Source: Nitrosopumilus sp. (GTDB lineage Archaea; Thermoproteota; Nitrososphaeria; Nitrososphaerales; Nitrosopumilaceae). From it: 64,000 nt of DNA. Where the stretch lies: contig OZ245040.1 in assembly GCA_965224195.1 (NCBI GenBank), positions 928,001 through 992,000 on the forward strand, in the 5' to 3' direction. The notes beneath the pieces are model-generated. The model had not been told where the DNA came from. It was given only the letters and a program-made list of their open reading frames with translations, and did not search any database. This document shows, piece by piece, positions 1 through 10,255 of this stretch (the first letter of the stretch is position 1; each line of letters starts with the position of its first letter). Position numbers and translations under genes: made by a program.

Positions 1-1
1 A

Positions 2-124
2 CCACCTAAACCTGCAAAATTACAAGTTAACTCTCTTCTAGATAGGAAAGAGTTACTGACGTCTGTAATTGTCTCGATTATGGACATGTATCAAAAATCT
101 CTGGATATTTCATATAAACCTTGA
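2..124 (+). CDS. 3' end of a gene truncated by the window edge (PPKPAKLQVNSLLDRKELL...YKP*)
   Basis: Open frame from base 2 to TGA at 122-124, abutting the next ORF. Confidence 0.55.
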   Translation, partial: PPKPAKLQVNSLLDRKELLTSVIVSIMDMYQKSLDISYKP

Positions 125-730
125 TTGAAATTGCAGAAGAAATTTAAGAAATTCCCTCAACAGTATATTGTGGAACGCTATTTGTTGCATTTAAAAAATG
201 AGAAATATTTGCCTCAAAATTGTAGAGAACTAGCACATCTGGCTCGAGATCTTGCATCTGACATGGATGTTTCAGTTAGACTTGCCAGGGTTGCTTCTAA
301 ATTTATTGAGTTTGATGTTGCTTCAGAAAAAGCAGATCTAGATTCTCTTGTAGAAAGATTGTCCTCAATTGGAGAAATTGATAATGTACGACATGTTGTT
401 GAAGAACACATAGATAAAGACAAAGGAATCAAGGATGGAATATTTTACTATAACAATGAACGATTTTGGGAATGCCATGAAGCATTTGAAGGTGTTTGGA
501 ATCAATGTTATGGACGAGAAAAAGAACTTGTTCAGGGGATTATTCTAGTTGCCGTTGCTTTTGCACATCAACAAGAAAATGAAGAAAGTATAGGTATTGG
601 AATGTTGAAACGAGCTTTGGAAAAACTAGGCACTTCTCCATCTATGTATTATTCAATAGATGTTGATAGGATTAGAAAAAAAGTCGTTGAAATGCAGCAA
701 GCAAAAAAACTGACTAGATTTGAGATTTAA
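125..730 (+). CDS. DUF309-domain protein
   Basis: C-terminal YNNERFWECHEAFEGVW...LVQGIILVAVAFAH motif typical of DUF309. Confidence 0.8.
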   Translation: MKLQKKFKKFPQQYIVERYLLHLKNEKYLPQNCRELAHLARDLASDMDVSVRLARVASKFIEFDVASEKADLDSLVERLSSIGEIDNVRHVVEEHIDKDKGIKDGIFYYNNERFWECHEAFEGVWNQCYGREKELVQGIILVAVAFAHQQENEESIGIGMLKRALEKLGTSPSMYYSIDVDRIRKKVVEMQQAKKLTRFEI

Positions 731-2000
731 TCAATTCTAAAGCTTTTGAAACAACTTCGGCTCCTTGAAGCAATCCTATGTTTCCTTTTTTGGCTTGTTC
801 CTCTGTCATTCTAGTTGTTCCATCGTTTTTGATAAAATCACCTGAAACAAGAACTGGAACTGGATCATCACTATGTCCTTTGTTAATACATGGAGTTGAG
901 TGATCTGCAGAAATTATTATTGCAACTTTGCTAGAGTCAATATTATCTACAAGTGTTTTAAAGAATCTTTGATCAATTTCTTCAATATTTTTCATTTTTC
1001 CAATTGCGTCCCCGTCGTGACCAAATTCATCTGGCCCTTTAAGGTGCACATAAATTGAATTTTGAGTTTCCATTGCCTTTGCAGCGACTTTTGCTTTTTC
1101 TTCATAATCTGTTAATCCTCCAGCTTCAAATGCTTTCATTTTTAGAACTTCTGAAATTCCAAGTTCTACTGGCATATCTACTATACATGAAAAATTCATT
1201 CCATATTTTTCATTAATTGGAATAACGTCTGGATATTTGTTTCCTGCATCTCTTAACAAAATACAACTAAGTTGTTTTTTATTTTCCTCTTGTCTTTTTT
1301 TGTTAATTTGACTGTTCTTCATAATTTCAATTGATTTTTCTGAAAATTCATTTACTAAATTTGCAGTAAATTTTGAATCTTCAGTATCTTCTAATGGCAA
1401 ACATTTTTCAATTTTAAGAAAGTCTCCAACAGCTTTTGCAACCCCCATGCCTCCGATATTACTATAGGCTGGATCTGTGTTAGTGATTTTTGAAGATAAT
1501 TTTTGAGATTCTTTTCTAATTCTTACTGTTACTCTATGCCCTATTGTTGGTGCTACTACTACTGAAATGTCTGGAGATGCTAATTTGATTTTTTCTTCAA
1601 TTTCTTTTGCAATTCCATCTGCATCTTCTTTTTCAATATGTCTTCCTGCTCTTCTATCGATAATTATCTCTTCATCATTTAATGTAGAATAATTTCCTCG
1701 AAGAGCCAAGTCGCCATCTTTAAAATTAATACCTACACCTATTGCCTCAATTACTCCCCTGCCTGCATAGTCTGCATGTCTGAATTTGTATCCTAACATA
1801 TTGAATACTGCAATATCTGATTCTGGAGCAATTCCTTTTCCAACTGAAATGACTTCTCCAATAGTACCATTACTGGCAATTTTGTCTAATGTTGGAGTAT
1901 TTGCAGCCTGTAATGGTGTTTTTCCATCTAAATCAGGATGTGGAAGATCTCCTACTCCGTCTAAAAGAACATAGATCATATGAACATCAGAATTATCCAA
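714..2000 (-). CDS. apgM: 2,3-bisphosphoglycerate-independent phosphoglycerate mutase, archaeal type
   Basis: LLDGVGD, GKTPLQAA, PESD, HLKGPDEFGHDGD, ADHSTP, HSDDPVP motifs. Confidence 0.93.
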   Translation of the reverse strand: MDNSDVHMIYVLLDGVGDLPHPDLDGKTPLQAANTPTLDKIASNGTIGEVISVGKGIAPESDIAVFNMLGYKFRHADYAGRGVIEAIGVGINFKDGDLALRGNYSTLNDEEIIIDRRAGRHIEKEDADGIAKEIEEKIKLASPDISVVVAPTIGHRVTVRIRKESQKLSSKITNTDPAYSNIGGMGVAKAVGDFLKIEKCLPLEDTEDSKFTANLVNEFSEKSIEIMKNSQINKKRQEENKKQLSCILLRDAGNKYPDVIPINEKYGMNFSCIVDMPVELGISEVLKMKAFEAGGLTDYEEKAKVAAKAMETQNSIYVHLKGPDEFGHDGDAIGKMKNIEEIDQRFFKTLVDNIDSSKVAIIISADHSTPCINKGHSDDPVPVLVSGDFIKNDGTTRMTEEQAKKGNIGLLQGAEVVSKALELIKSQI

Positions 2001-2232
2001 AACAGTCTCTGTTTATTCAAAATCCGATGCTCTGTTTTAAATCTTGCAACAAATTTTGCGATCAAAATAAAACAACAGTTCATGAAATTTTTAACTAAAC
2101 TTTTTCATTAGATTTTTTGATGAAAATGGGATTTTCTTAATTTTTTAAAATAAAATTGAATAATTATTTTTAAAATTAATTTGTATAGATTTAGTAAACG
2201 TTTTAACATACATTTTACTTCAATTAACCATT

Positions 2233-3249
2233 ATGGGGGACATGCGCAAAGATTATGTTTCTGAGCGTTTTATGATTGTCTCAAAAAAAGGCGACAAAGT
2301 CATTGATCATAAAAAATCCCCATTTGCCCTTGGCAACGAAGCTATGACAAATCCTTCTGTTTTGTCTCTCGTTGAAAAAGACGGAATGTTGCAACGTCTT
2401 CAAGATAGTGATGATGATTATGTTAAAAATTGGGCTATACGCGTTTTTGAAAGTAAAAACCCTATTGTCTCAATTGAAACAGAAAATTCTTACAGTGATA
2501 AACCGTTTTACAGTGAACCTGCATATGGCTACCATTACATTGTAGTTGCATCTCCAAATGAAAAAGATTCATTTGCAACAATAGATCCTGAACAGTGGTC
2601 CAATGTACTAGTTGTCGTTCAAGATAGATTACGGTGGCTTTACACGCAAAAAGGTGTAACTTATGTTGCAATTTACGGTGATCATGGTGATTTAGCAGGT
2701 GATTCAAACCCTCATCCTCACCTTAACCTTCTGACCTTTTCAACCATTCCTCCTGTGATTGAGTCTGAGGCAGAAGCGTCTCATAAAATACTGAATGAAA
2801 AAGGCGTTTGCCCAATGTGCCAGACCATAAATGAAGAAATCGGTGGTCCGAGACAGGTTCTTCAAACTGAAGGATTTATTGCATATTGTCCATGGGCTCC
2901 TTCATATCCTTATGAATTCTGGATTTCTCCAAAAAAACATAATACTAGTTTCTCAAAAATAAGTCAAAAAGACATTAATGATTTATCATTAATTTTAAGA
3001 TCAACTCTTGGGGGATTATCAAAAACCGTAAAGAACGTATCATACAATTTGGTTTTTCATCTTTCTCCTGAAAAGAAAAATAGCCGACAAATTCATTGGC
3101 ATATTGAAATTTATCCAATTACAAAATCTTGGTCTGGATTAGAACGTGGGTATGGTATTTTCTTAAATGATGTGTCCCCTGAACAATCTGCAGAAAAACT
3201 TGGAGCAGCTTGCAGAAAAGAATTAGCCAGCCTAGTTGGCATTATATGA
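2233..3249 (+). CDS. galT: Galactose-1-phosphate uridylyltransferase-like (HIT superfamily)
   Basis: HPH motif (NPHPHL), CPMC, PWAPSYPYE, HWHIEIYP, GLERGYG. Confidence 0.8.
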   Translation: MGDMRKDYVSERFMIVSKKGDKVIDHKKSPFALGNEAMTNPSVLSLVEKDGMLQRLQDSDDDYVKNWAIRVFESKNPIVSIETENSYSDKPFYSEPAYGYHYIVVASPNEKDSFATIDPEQWSNVLVVVQDRLRWLYTQKGVTYVAIYGDHGDLAGDSNPHPHLNLLTFSTIPPVIESEAEASHKILNEKGVCPMCQTINEEIGGPRQVLQTEGFIAYCPWAPSYPYEFWISPKKHNTSFSKISQKDINDLSLILRSTLGGLSKTVKNVSYNLVFHLSPEKKNSRQIHWHIEIYPITKSWSGLERGYGIFLNDVSPEQSAEKLGAACRKELASLVGII

Positions 3250-3291
3250 TTTTTTGAATGGTTTATTTATCAACTAAAATCTGTTAAATTT

Positions 3292-3732
3292 ATGGCAATA
3301 GAAAAATGGCTTGCAGTCACCAGTCTTGGATTATTTGCAATGTTTGCTGGTGAAATGATTTCTGTTTATTATTTTATGACTGATGTTCCTGAAGCTATAG
3401 AGTTTTCAATAATATTTGATGCTGATCCAAAAATATTTCAATTCATTTCCATTGGTGTTGCACCAGCTGCAATACTAGCTGCTGTTCCTTATATTATGAC
3501 AAGACACTATGGCTCTAAGCCTATAGGTGGATTGATTGCTGCAGGTGGAGTGATTATGTTGATAGGAATGTTTGTCACTTATTCTCTAATTGATAAAATT
3601 GATGCCGCCTATATCACAGATGTTGTAAAGTATTCTCCTATACTGTTCATGATATTGTCAATCCCCGTGATTGCTGTTGGTGTATACCTAACAAAAGAAA
3701 AAAAGCGACGCCCAAAAAGAGAATTTTTCTAA
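3292..3732 (+). CDS. Hypothetical membrane protein (~4 TM)
   Basis: 146-aa ORF with four hydrophobic segments and a basic C-terminal tail. Confidence 0.7.
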   Translation: MAIEKWLAVTSLGLFAMFAGEMISVYYFMTDVPEAIEFSIIFDADPKIFQFISIGVAPAAILAAVPYIMTRHYGSKPIGGLIAAGGVIMLIGMFVTYSLIDKIDAAYITDVVKYSPILFMILSIPVIAVGVYLTKEKKRRPKREFF

Positions 3733-4166
3733 ACATTATCTAATCTTAATTCATTAGCTACTTGTTTAAAACCTAATTTTTCATAAAATGGTTTCACATC
3801 GTCTGTACAATCCAAAATTGTCTTGTAACAGCCACGATTTTTCGCAATTTCGATAAGATAGTTCATTATTTTCTCACCAATTTTTTGACCATGATGTTCT
3901 TTATTCACTACTACATCCTCAATATGGCCAACCAAGCCTCCATCATGAATGAATTTAGTTTCTATGAGCAGTGTCGTGGACCCTACAATTTTCCCATCTA
4001 ATTCTGCAACTGCTATGATATGATCTGGATTGGCATTAATTTTTTCAAAAATCTCTTTTGCTTTAGATTTTTCAATATTGCTTGCTTGTTTTAATGAGTC
4101 AAGTGATTTTAGGAAACCATTCCAAAGGTCTGCTTCTTTTAATTCTCTAATTATTACATCGCTCAT
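3729..4166 (-). CDS. GNAT acetyltransferase, glucosamine-6-phosphate N-acetyltransferase (GNA1)-like
   Basis: KFIHDGGLVGHIEDVVV, GCYKTILDC, FYEKLGF. Confidence 0.85.
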   Translation of the reverse strand: MSDVIIRELKEADLWNGFLKSLDSLKQASNIEKSKAKEIFEKINANPDHIIAVAELDGKIVGSTTLLIETKFIHDGGLVGHIEDVVVNKEHHGQKIGEKIMNYLIEIAKNRGCYKTILDCTDDVKPFYEKLGFKQVANELRLDNV

Positions 4167-4864
4167 TTTTTTCCTCGTTTTTGAGTATGTTCTTTAGATG
4201 CTTTTTCATATGATGCTTTGTTTCCTATGTCTGTAAATTCATTTTTTGTAATGAAACTGCTAACTAATTTTTTATTGGTCATGGCCTTTTTAATAACGTC
4301 ATCCATCCCATATGGTTTATTTTTTGGAATTAGACTGAACACCCTTGGCTCCATTACATAACAACCCATGTTTACATTTGCCTTTATCTCTGGCTTTTCT
4401 TTCCAACTTAACACCTTACCTGTTTTTGACACATCTATTACTCCGTATTCTAAATTAGTTTTGTATTCGTTCAGACTCATAGTAACAAATGCTCTTTTTG
4501 CTTTGTGTTGCTTTATCATGTTTCTCAGACTAAAATCAAATATTGAATCTCCATACATGCAAACAAAAGTATCATCAATGAATTCTTCTGCAGTTTTTAG
4601 TTGACCTGCAGTAGCAAGTGGTTTATTTGAAATTGCATATTCTATGTTTACTCCAAAATTTTCTCCGTCCCCAAAATAATCCTCAATTGTTTTTCGAAGA
4701 TGACTTACACACAAAACAATTGATTTTACTCCGTTTTTTTTATTCCAATCAATGAGATGCTCTAAAATTGGTTTTTTACCTAATGGTAACATGGGTTTTG
4801 GAGTTTTCTTTGTCAATGGAAGTAATCTGGTACCTAGTCCTCCTGCTAAAATTACTGCCTTCAC
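4163..4864 (-). CDS. Sugar-phosphate nucleotidyltransferase
   Basis: ILAGGLGTRLLPLT..PKPM signature. Confidence 0.88.
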   Translation of the reverse strand: MKAVILAGGLGTRLLPLTKKTPKPMLPLGKKPILEHLIDWNKKNGVKSIVLCVSHLRKTIEDYFGDGENFGVNIEYAISNKPLATAGQLKTAEEFIDDTFVCMYGDSIFDFSLRNMIKQHKAKRAFVTMSLNEYKTNLEYGVIDVSKTGKVLSWKEKPEIKANVNMGCYVMEPRVFSLIPKNKPYGMDDVIKKAMTNKKLVSSFITKNEFTDIGNKASYEKASKEHTQKRGKK

Positions 4865-4919
4865 AAATGCTATTTGAGATGTGACTATTTATGTTCGAGG
4901 ATGTTTTTAGACTAGAATT

Positions 4920-6221
4920 TTATCCTACAATTTTTGATAATTTTTTTAAAATACTTTTTGGTTTATCTCCAAAAATTATTATCATGGGCTCTTTCCCAAA
5001 ATCCCCCTTGTGAAAAATTATGTCTGGAGGTAATTTTAAATTTTTTATTGCATTACTAATTCCCCACTCTACTGATGATCCTTTAATTTTCACATCGCTG
5101 GGTTCTTTAACTCTGTCATAACTAGATGCTGAAAATTTTGATTTTTTAATTTTAGAAATTATTGATCTTTCATATTTTAAATTTATTGCAGATTGAATAT
5201 TTGGGAATTTTTTATTTACAACAAGTAATGCTGTGGCAACATGTTTTGATCCTCCATACGTTAGATTGCCTGCAACTATGACTTCTTTTCCTGCTTTCAC
5301 GATTCTTCCTGATAATCCTAAAATATCTTTTGTAGATTTGGGTTTTGGTTTTGAATATACAAAATTTGTCTGACATTCAGGAATGTTTTTGTATATATTT
5401 TTTATTTTTACAAATTCGTTAATTGACTGAGATAACTCTGAATTTATCATGTCTTTTTTCTGAATGTTTGTTATCCTGATTCCCTTTCCAACTTTTATTG
5501 AATTTTTAATTGAGTCTTGAGCAAATTCTTTTGCAAATTTTACTGATTCACGAATTGTTTTTTTGTTTGAAATTGCAAAGATTATTGCGGCTGAATAATT
5601 ACACCCACTTCCATGGTTTGTACTACTAATTTTGTCTCCTGAAATCAGATATTTTGCATTTTTTTCTAGGACAAAATCTATTATCTTGTTATTTTTTCCT
5701 TCAATTCCTGTAATCACCACATTTTTTGCTCCCATTTTTTGGATATTTTTCGCAATTTTTTCTATTGTATTTTTAGAATTAACCTTTGATTTTGATAATA
5801 TTTCAGCCTCAAATTTGTTCGGAGTGATAACTGTTGCAAGTGGAATTATATATTTTTGAAAATCTTTAATTGCCTTATTTTCTATCAGTGCCCCACCTGT
5901 TGTTGATTTAATAACTGGGTCTACAACAATTGGGATTTTTAATTTTTTTAATTGTTGATACAGTGTTTTAATTATTTCAGAATTAAACACCATTCCAATT
6001 TTTATCCCATCAATTTTAAAATCGGTAAATACTGATTCAAGTTGGTTTTTCAGTATTCTTTTTGACACTGCTTCAATCATTCCAAAGCTAGAAGTATTTT
6101 GTCCTGTGATTGCAGTGATAACTGTTAACCCATATGCGCCAAACTCTGAAAATGATTTCACATCACTTTGAATTCCAGCGCCTGATGATGGATCAGAACC
6201 TCCGATTGAAAGTAGATTCAT
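4920..6221 (-). CDS. thiD: Bifunctional HMP/HMP-P kinase with C-terminal ThiN domain (ThiDN)
   Basis: GGSDPSSGAGIQSD, ITPNKFEA, HGSGC; C-terminal IPECQTN, GGSKHVA, GDFGKEP. Confidence 0.9.
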   Translation of the reverse strand: MNLLSIGGSDPSSGAGIQSDVKSFSEFGAYGLTVITAITGQNTSSFGMIEAVSKRILKNQLESVFTDFKIDGIKIGMVFNSEIIKTLYQQLKKLKIPIVVDPVIKSTTGGALIENKAIKDFQKYIIPLATVITPNKFEAEILSKSKVNSKNTIEKIAKNIQKMGAKNVVITGIEGKNNKIIDFVLEKNAKYLISGDKISSTNHGSGCNYSAAIIFAISNKKTIRESVKFAKEFAQDSIKNSIKVGKGIRITNIQKKDMINSELSQSINEFVKIKNIYKNIPECQTNFVYSKPKPKSTKDILGLSGRIVKAGKEVIVAGNLTYGGSKHVATALLVVNKKFPNIQSAINLKYERSIISKIKKSKFSASSYDRVKEPSDVKIKGSSVEWGISNAIKNLKLPPDIIFHKGDFGKEPMIIIFGDKPKSILKKLSKIVG

Positions 6222-6330
6222 TATATTTTCTTATTTCATAGCACTAATCTGTATTTCCATTTTAGGTATGTTTTTTCTAATATCTATTTTATACTTGAAC
6301 TCCTATCTTTTTTTGATGACAAAAATTTTC

Positions 6331-6507
6331 ATGGCAGATGATGTTACCCCTGATACTTTACAGTGTACCACTTGCTTGTTGCCAATGCAGTATCAAACAA
6401 TTAAGGATGATAAATTTCTCTGGCAATGTTTCAAATGTGGAAAGCAGTATCTTATTTCAAAAAATATGGATGACACCATGGAGGAGAGTTGGAGTCCGCC
6501 GAGATAA
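6331..6507 (+). CDS. Small zinc-ribbon protein (58 aa)
   Basis: CTTC...CFKC pairs; ATG at 6331 chosen over upstream starts. Confidence 0.65.
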   Translation: MADDVTPDTLQCTTCLLPMQYQTIKDDKFLWQCFKCGKQYLISKNMDDTMEESWSPPR

Positions 6508-6578
6508 TGGATGTATCTGAATTAGATTCTTTAAAATCTGAAAACCAAAAACTTTGAAATTACATCACTTTAGTTTGA
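6507..6578 (+). pseudogene. 5' remnant of a small coiled-coil gene (MDVSELDSLKSENQKL*NYITLV*) at the left edge of the Cas island
   Basis: ATG overlaps the upstream stop (TAATG); heptad-like sequence; in-frame TGA at 6555. Confidence 0.45.
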
Positions 6579-6607
6579 TCAATTCGATAAAAAATTCCTT
6601 TTTGATG

Positions 6608-9232
6608 TTAGGTAGGAATTTTGAATGACTTTCCATCCAGCTGTGCACGATCTATCCCTTCCTCGTTTGAATAATATTCATTTTTTAGTAACGGAATCCC
6701 GTTATCAAAATTAAGAATATCAGACAACTTTGCAGAGCCATGAGAATTTTTAATGTTTACTGTAAACTTGGAAAGTATACTACTCCAAATCTTGGTATTA
6801 ATTTTCTTATCAATATGTCCTCCTTGAAAGTTCTTAAGAAATTCATTATACATTTTCCAGATCTGCCTACCTGAAACTTTCTCGCAGGATTGACCTTTAT
6901 GTTGAATAAATTTTAATTCAGATTCTGTAAAATTATCTTCATCTTTTGGAACATCAGCATCAATAATTAAAGAGATTGAATCTTGTTTTATGACATCCAC
7001 CTTGTTAAGTTCTTCAAAATCTAAATGTCGTATGCCTTTTTTAACAACACCAAGTGAAGATGCTTTTATCATGTCGTTGTCTCGGGTTTTTATATGCTCC
7101 AATACTTTGTTGTAATAATCATCAAAATTTCTTTTTTCTAGAAAACCTTGCACCAGTTTAGGCGTATTAAAATCGTCTCCAAGGATTGTTTTCCAGCGGT
7201 GAGAGTCTGCATAAATGAAGCTTGCTGCTTGCTTTTGCCCTTCCTTTAAATTGGTAACAATCAGTTTTGCAGTGTTTTTTTGATTATTCGAATTGCGATT
7301 GATTCTACCTGCAATTTGTTCAATAGAATCAAAAATTGCAAAATCCCTAATTCCGAAATCACAGTCTATGTCTACTCCTGCCTCCACACTTTGTGTGGAA
7401 ATTAAAATTACCTTACCACTAGCATTCATTTTTCCTATGATCTCTTTTCGTCTATGTGGCAGAATTGTTGAATTTAGAAGATATGGATAAAAGCCCATAC
7501 TTGATATTTTTTTGTCTTTTTTTATTTTTTTGTACAATTCCAGAGAAGTTTGAATGGTGTTAACAACCAACAGTATCTTGTTCATGTCATCATTGAGTTC
7601 ATCATTTAATACATTCAATAATTGTTCCAGATCATTAACATTCTGTCTGTATTGAATGGATACGCGATTTTTAAATAATGGAAGATCAGAGTATCTGTTA
7701 GAGTTAATCAGATTCAAGGCAAGGTCAGACTCTTTTGTATCAGATAAAGCATCAAGTCTTGGTAGTGTTGCACTCATGATAATAAAGTAAATGTTAAGAT
7801 ATTTGGAACCATACATTATAAGATCGTTGAAGAGTGTCCAATCCTTGTCATTTAGGCTCTGAATTTCATCTATGACCACAATAGAGTTGGCCAAATTAAC
7901 AAGACGGTAATTACTAGTTTTTCCTGATTTTACAAAGGTGTTAAAAAAATTCACATTACTCATAACAACAAATTCATGATTAAGAAACTCATTATCAATT
8001 ACATATTGTAGACGTTCCTCGTCTTTTTCTGATTCAACATTCCAAGCAGATGAGGAATAGATAGATGATAATTCCTTATCCAAACAAAATGTTTTTTTTA
8101 TCACATCGTGGTTTTGCTCAATTATATTGATGAATGGAAATATGTAAAAGACTCTCTTTATGTTATTCTTTGATTTTAGCAAGGTAAGAGCAAGTTTAAG
8201 GGAAATGTTTGTCTTGCCACCACCTGTAGGAATATTTAGATAAAATACCTTTTGCTCTGGGTGGTTTGATATGGCATTCTCAAGTTCGCAGTCAGTTTCT
8301 AAAAGTATTCTTGTCCTTAATTCATTCAAATCATCAATATCAGAAATATTTGAATCAATTGTATTTTTGGAATGTTTGCTAGTGCGTAGATTTTTATTGA
8401 AATCATAATTGTAAAAGTTCTTTTCACATCTTTTAACCAAGTCTGATGTTATCACAGAGATTTTATCAAAGTAAGAAATATTTTGTATAAAATCACTAGT
8501 AGCATAATAATCACTTGTAATCAAAAGGGAGTAAACTGTTTTGTAAAGATAAAACAGGGATTCTTGTTTTTCTTCAGTATCATAAACATTTCGAATATCA
8601 TCTTTATTTTTATTTTTGAAATTATAAGCATCACAAAAATTTTTTACGGGTGGAAGGTCTTGACAGTCAATGAAAAAAGTATGAGAAATTGTGTTTAAAT
8701 CATCTAATTCTTTTTGAATTGTGTTGTAAGAGATTGTATTGGCACACATTTTTTTGTAAAGAAAGTCAATATCTCTTAATGCTGTATGGTGTCTATCTAT
8801 TGTTTGGGACAAAAGAAAAAAAAGAATTTGACATTTTGTGTCATGGAATTTGTCGTAAAAATCCTTAAAAAATAAATGATCAAATAATATTTTACCATAA
8901 AAAGAATGATTAGAATTGAGATTTTCTATATTGATACATAAATCATTTCTCATCTTTTCTTTCTGAAAAATAGGATTAATCTTACCTAGATCATGATAAT
9001 AAATAATAGACCTAATCAACTCAAGAATATCGGATGTTGGGGTGTCAGGTACTAGCTTTGACAAAATACCATTAAAATTTTCTTTTAGTGATAACGTGTC
9101 AATTAAATGATTACAGTATTTCAATGTCTTCTCCGAATGTTCAATTAGTGTTTCCGAATTTTTGTTACTTGAAGTATGTGCAAAAATTTTGTTGCAATAT
9201 TCAGGTTTTAATATCTGGTTGTATGTTTTCAT
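6608..9232 (-). CDS. cas3: Cas3 HD nuclease-helicase
   Basis: ETLIEHS, YYHDLGK (HD), IPTGGGKT, IDEIQ, MSAT, STQSVEAGVDID, QIAGRINR. Confidence 0.96.
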   Translation of the reverse strand: MKTYNQILKPEYCNKIFAHTSSNKNSETLIEHSEKTLKYCNHLIDTLSLKENFNGILSKLVPDTPTSDILELIRSIIYYHDLGKINPIFQKEKMRNDLCINIENLNSNHSFYGKILFDHLFFKDFYDKFHDTKCQILFFLLSQTIDRHHTALRDIDFLYKKMCANTISYNTIQKELDDLNTISHTFFIDCQDLPPVKNFCDAYNFKNKNKDDIRNVYDTEEKQESLFYLYKTVYSLLITSDYYATSDFIQNISYFDKISVITSDLVKRCEKNFYNYDFNKNLRTSKHSKNTIDSNISDIDDLNELRTRILLETDCELENAISNHPEQKVFYLNIPTGGGKTNISLKLALTLLKSKNNIKRVFYIFPFINIIEQNHDVIKKTFCLDKELSSIYSSSAWNVESEKDEERLQYVIDNEFLNHEFVVMSNVNFFNTFVKSGKTSNYRLVNLANSIVVIDEIQSLNDKDWTLFNDLIMYGSKYLNIYFIIMSATLPRLDALSDTKESDLALNLINSNRYSDLPLFKNRVSIQYRQNVNDLEQLLNVLNDELNDDMNKILLVVNTIQTSLELYKKIKKDKKISSMGFYPYLLNSTILPHRRKEIIGKMNASGKVILISTQSVEAGVDIDCDFGIRDFAIFDSIEQIAGRINRNSNNQKNTAKLIVTNLKEGQKQAASFIYADSHRWKTILGDDFNTPKLVQGFLEKRNFDDYYNKVLEHIKTRDNDMIKASSLGVVKKGIRHLDFEELNKVDVIKQDSISLIIDADVPKDEDNFTESELKFIQHKGQSCEKVSGRQIWKMYNEFLKNFQGGHIDKKINTKIWSSILSKFTVNIKNSHGSAKLSDILNFDNGIPLLKNEYYSNEEGIDRAQLDGKSFKIPT

Positions 9233-9239
9233 TGTTGTA

Positions 9240-10235
9240 TTAGAAGAGGTATATTATATATCCATCTATCTCAAGAAGACTCCCTTTCTCCAAGTCTATT
9301 GAAGACAGGTCACAGCTTTCTGCAAATTGTACAACTTGAAGTTTGTAGTGCATGTCTTGAGAATAACTTGTCGGATAATTTTCAATAAATCTAAATCCAG
9401 TAGGAAGGCCTTCTATTGTACAAGAATCATTGTTTTTTTCAAGAGGATTTGATCTGCTATTTTTTTCATCGCTATTACCAATACTTTTTCTATTTGTGAT
9501 GAATACAGATGATACATGTTCTGTATTTTTTATCTGTCTAACATTATCTATTGTTTGAATGTTATCAAAAGATACAATAAACTCGTTTTTTCCAAGATAT
9601 GGCATAAAAATCGGATTGTTGTCCTCTATCCTTTTTGACAGCTCATCAATTAGCTCTTCTTTGGTGTCGTCATACACGTAAATCCTGTAGGATGGTTTTA
9701 TCAGAAGCTGCTCGTCACAAATTATGTTTTCATACTTGCCGCCACCAAAATAGCTGTTGCGGCTGTTATATCTATTCACTATTTTGTTAAACGGAAAATT
9801 GCCGTTTGGTTTTATTCCAATCTTAAGATGTTTGAGTCTTTTATAATATTCAGGATACTGGATCTCAGATTCTAACTCTTCTATGATTTTATAGTACTCG
9901 TCGCCGTGGTCAAAGTTGCCTTTTTTTATATCTTTTAGGGTGTTTAGTAATTCAAGCAATCTATCACGTGCCTTGAACTTTAATCTTTCAAGTATGATCT
10001 GAATTAAATCGATATCAATTTTATCTTGTTTTTTTGTTGACTTTAACGATTCCAATTGAAGATACTCCAAATTTTCATATTGCTTGTTTATTCCACCCAT
10101 CCCCAATATGCTACCGATTATTCCCAAAATTGCAGGTTTTGGAGGCAGATTGTATGTTAGGCTTATTTTGTTGATATCAGGTTTCTTAAAAAAGCCAAAA
10201 TCCGAACTAATATCAAAGGAGATAAGACTTGTCAT
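9240..10235 (-). CDS. cas5: Type I-B Cas5 with a long internal insertion
   Basis: DFGFFKKPDIN..LTYNLPPKPAILGIIGSILG, EQLLIKPSYRIY, PYLGKNEF. Confidence 0.88.
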   Translation of the reverse strand: MTSLISFDISSDFGFFKKPDINKISLTYNLPPKPAILGIIGSILGMGGINKQYENLEYLQLESLKSTKKQDKIDIDLIQIILERLKFKARDRLLELLNTLKDIKKGNFDHGDEYYKIIEELESEIQYPEYYKRLKHLKIGIKPNGNFPFNKIVNRYNSRNSYFGGGKYENIICDEQLLIKPSYRIYVYDDTKEELIDELSKRIEDNNPIFMPYLGKNEFIVSFDNIQTIDNVRQIKNTEHVSSVFITNRKSIGNSDEKNSRSNPLEKNNDSCTIEGLPTGFRFIENYPTSYSQDMHYKLQVVQFAESCDLSSIDLEKGSLLEIDGYIIYLF

Positions 10236-10255
10236 CAGAATCACACCTAGTTGAT

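Noticed and set aside
2001-2232. AT-rich imperfect palindromes as a replication origin or regulator site
   Set aside because: No ORB-like repeats or cdc6 gene nearby; consistent with an ordinary divergent promoter
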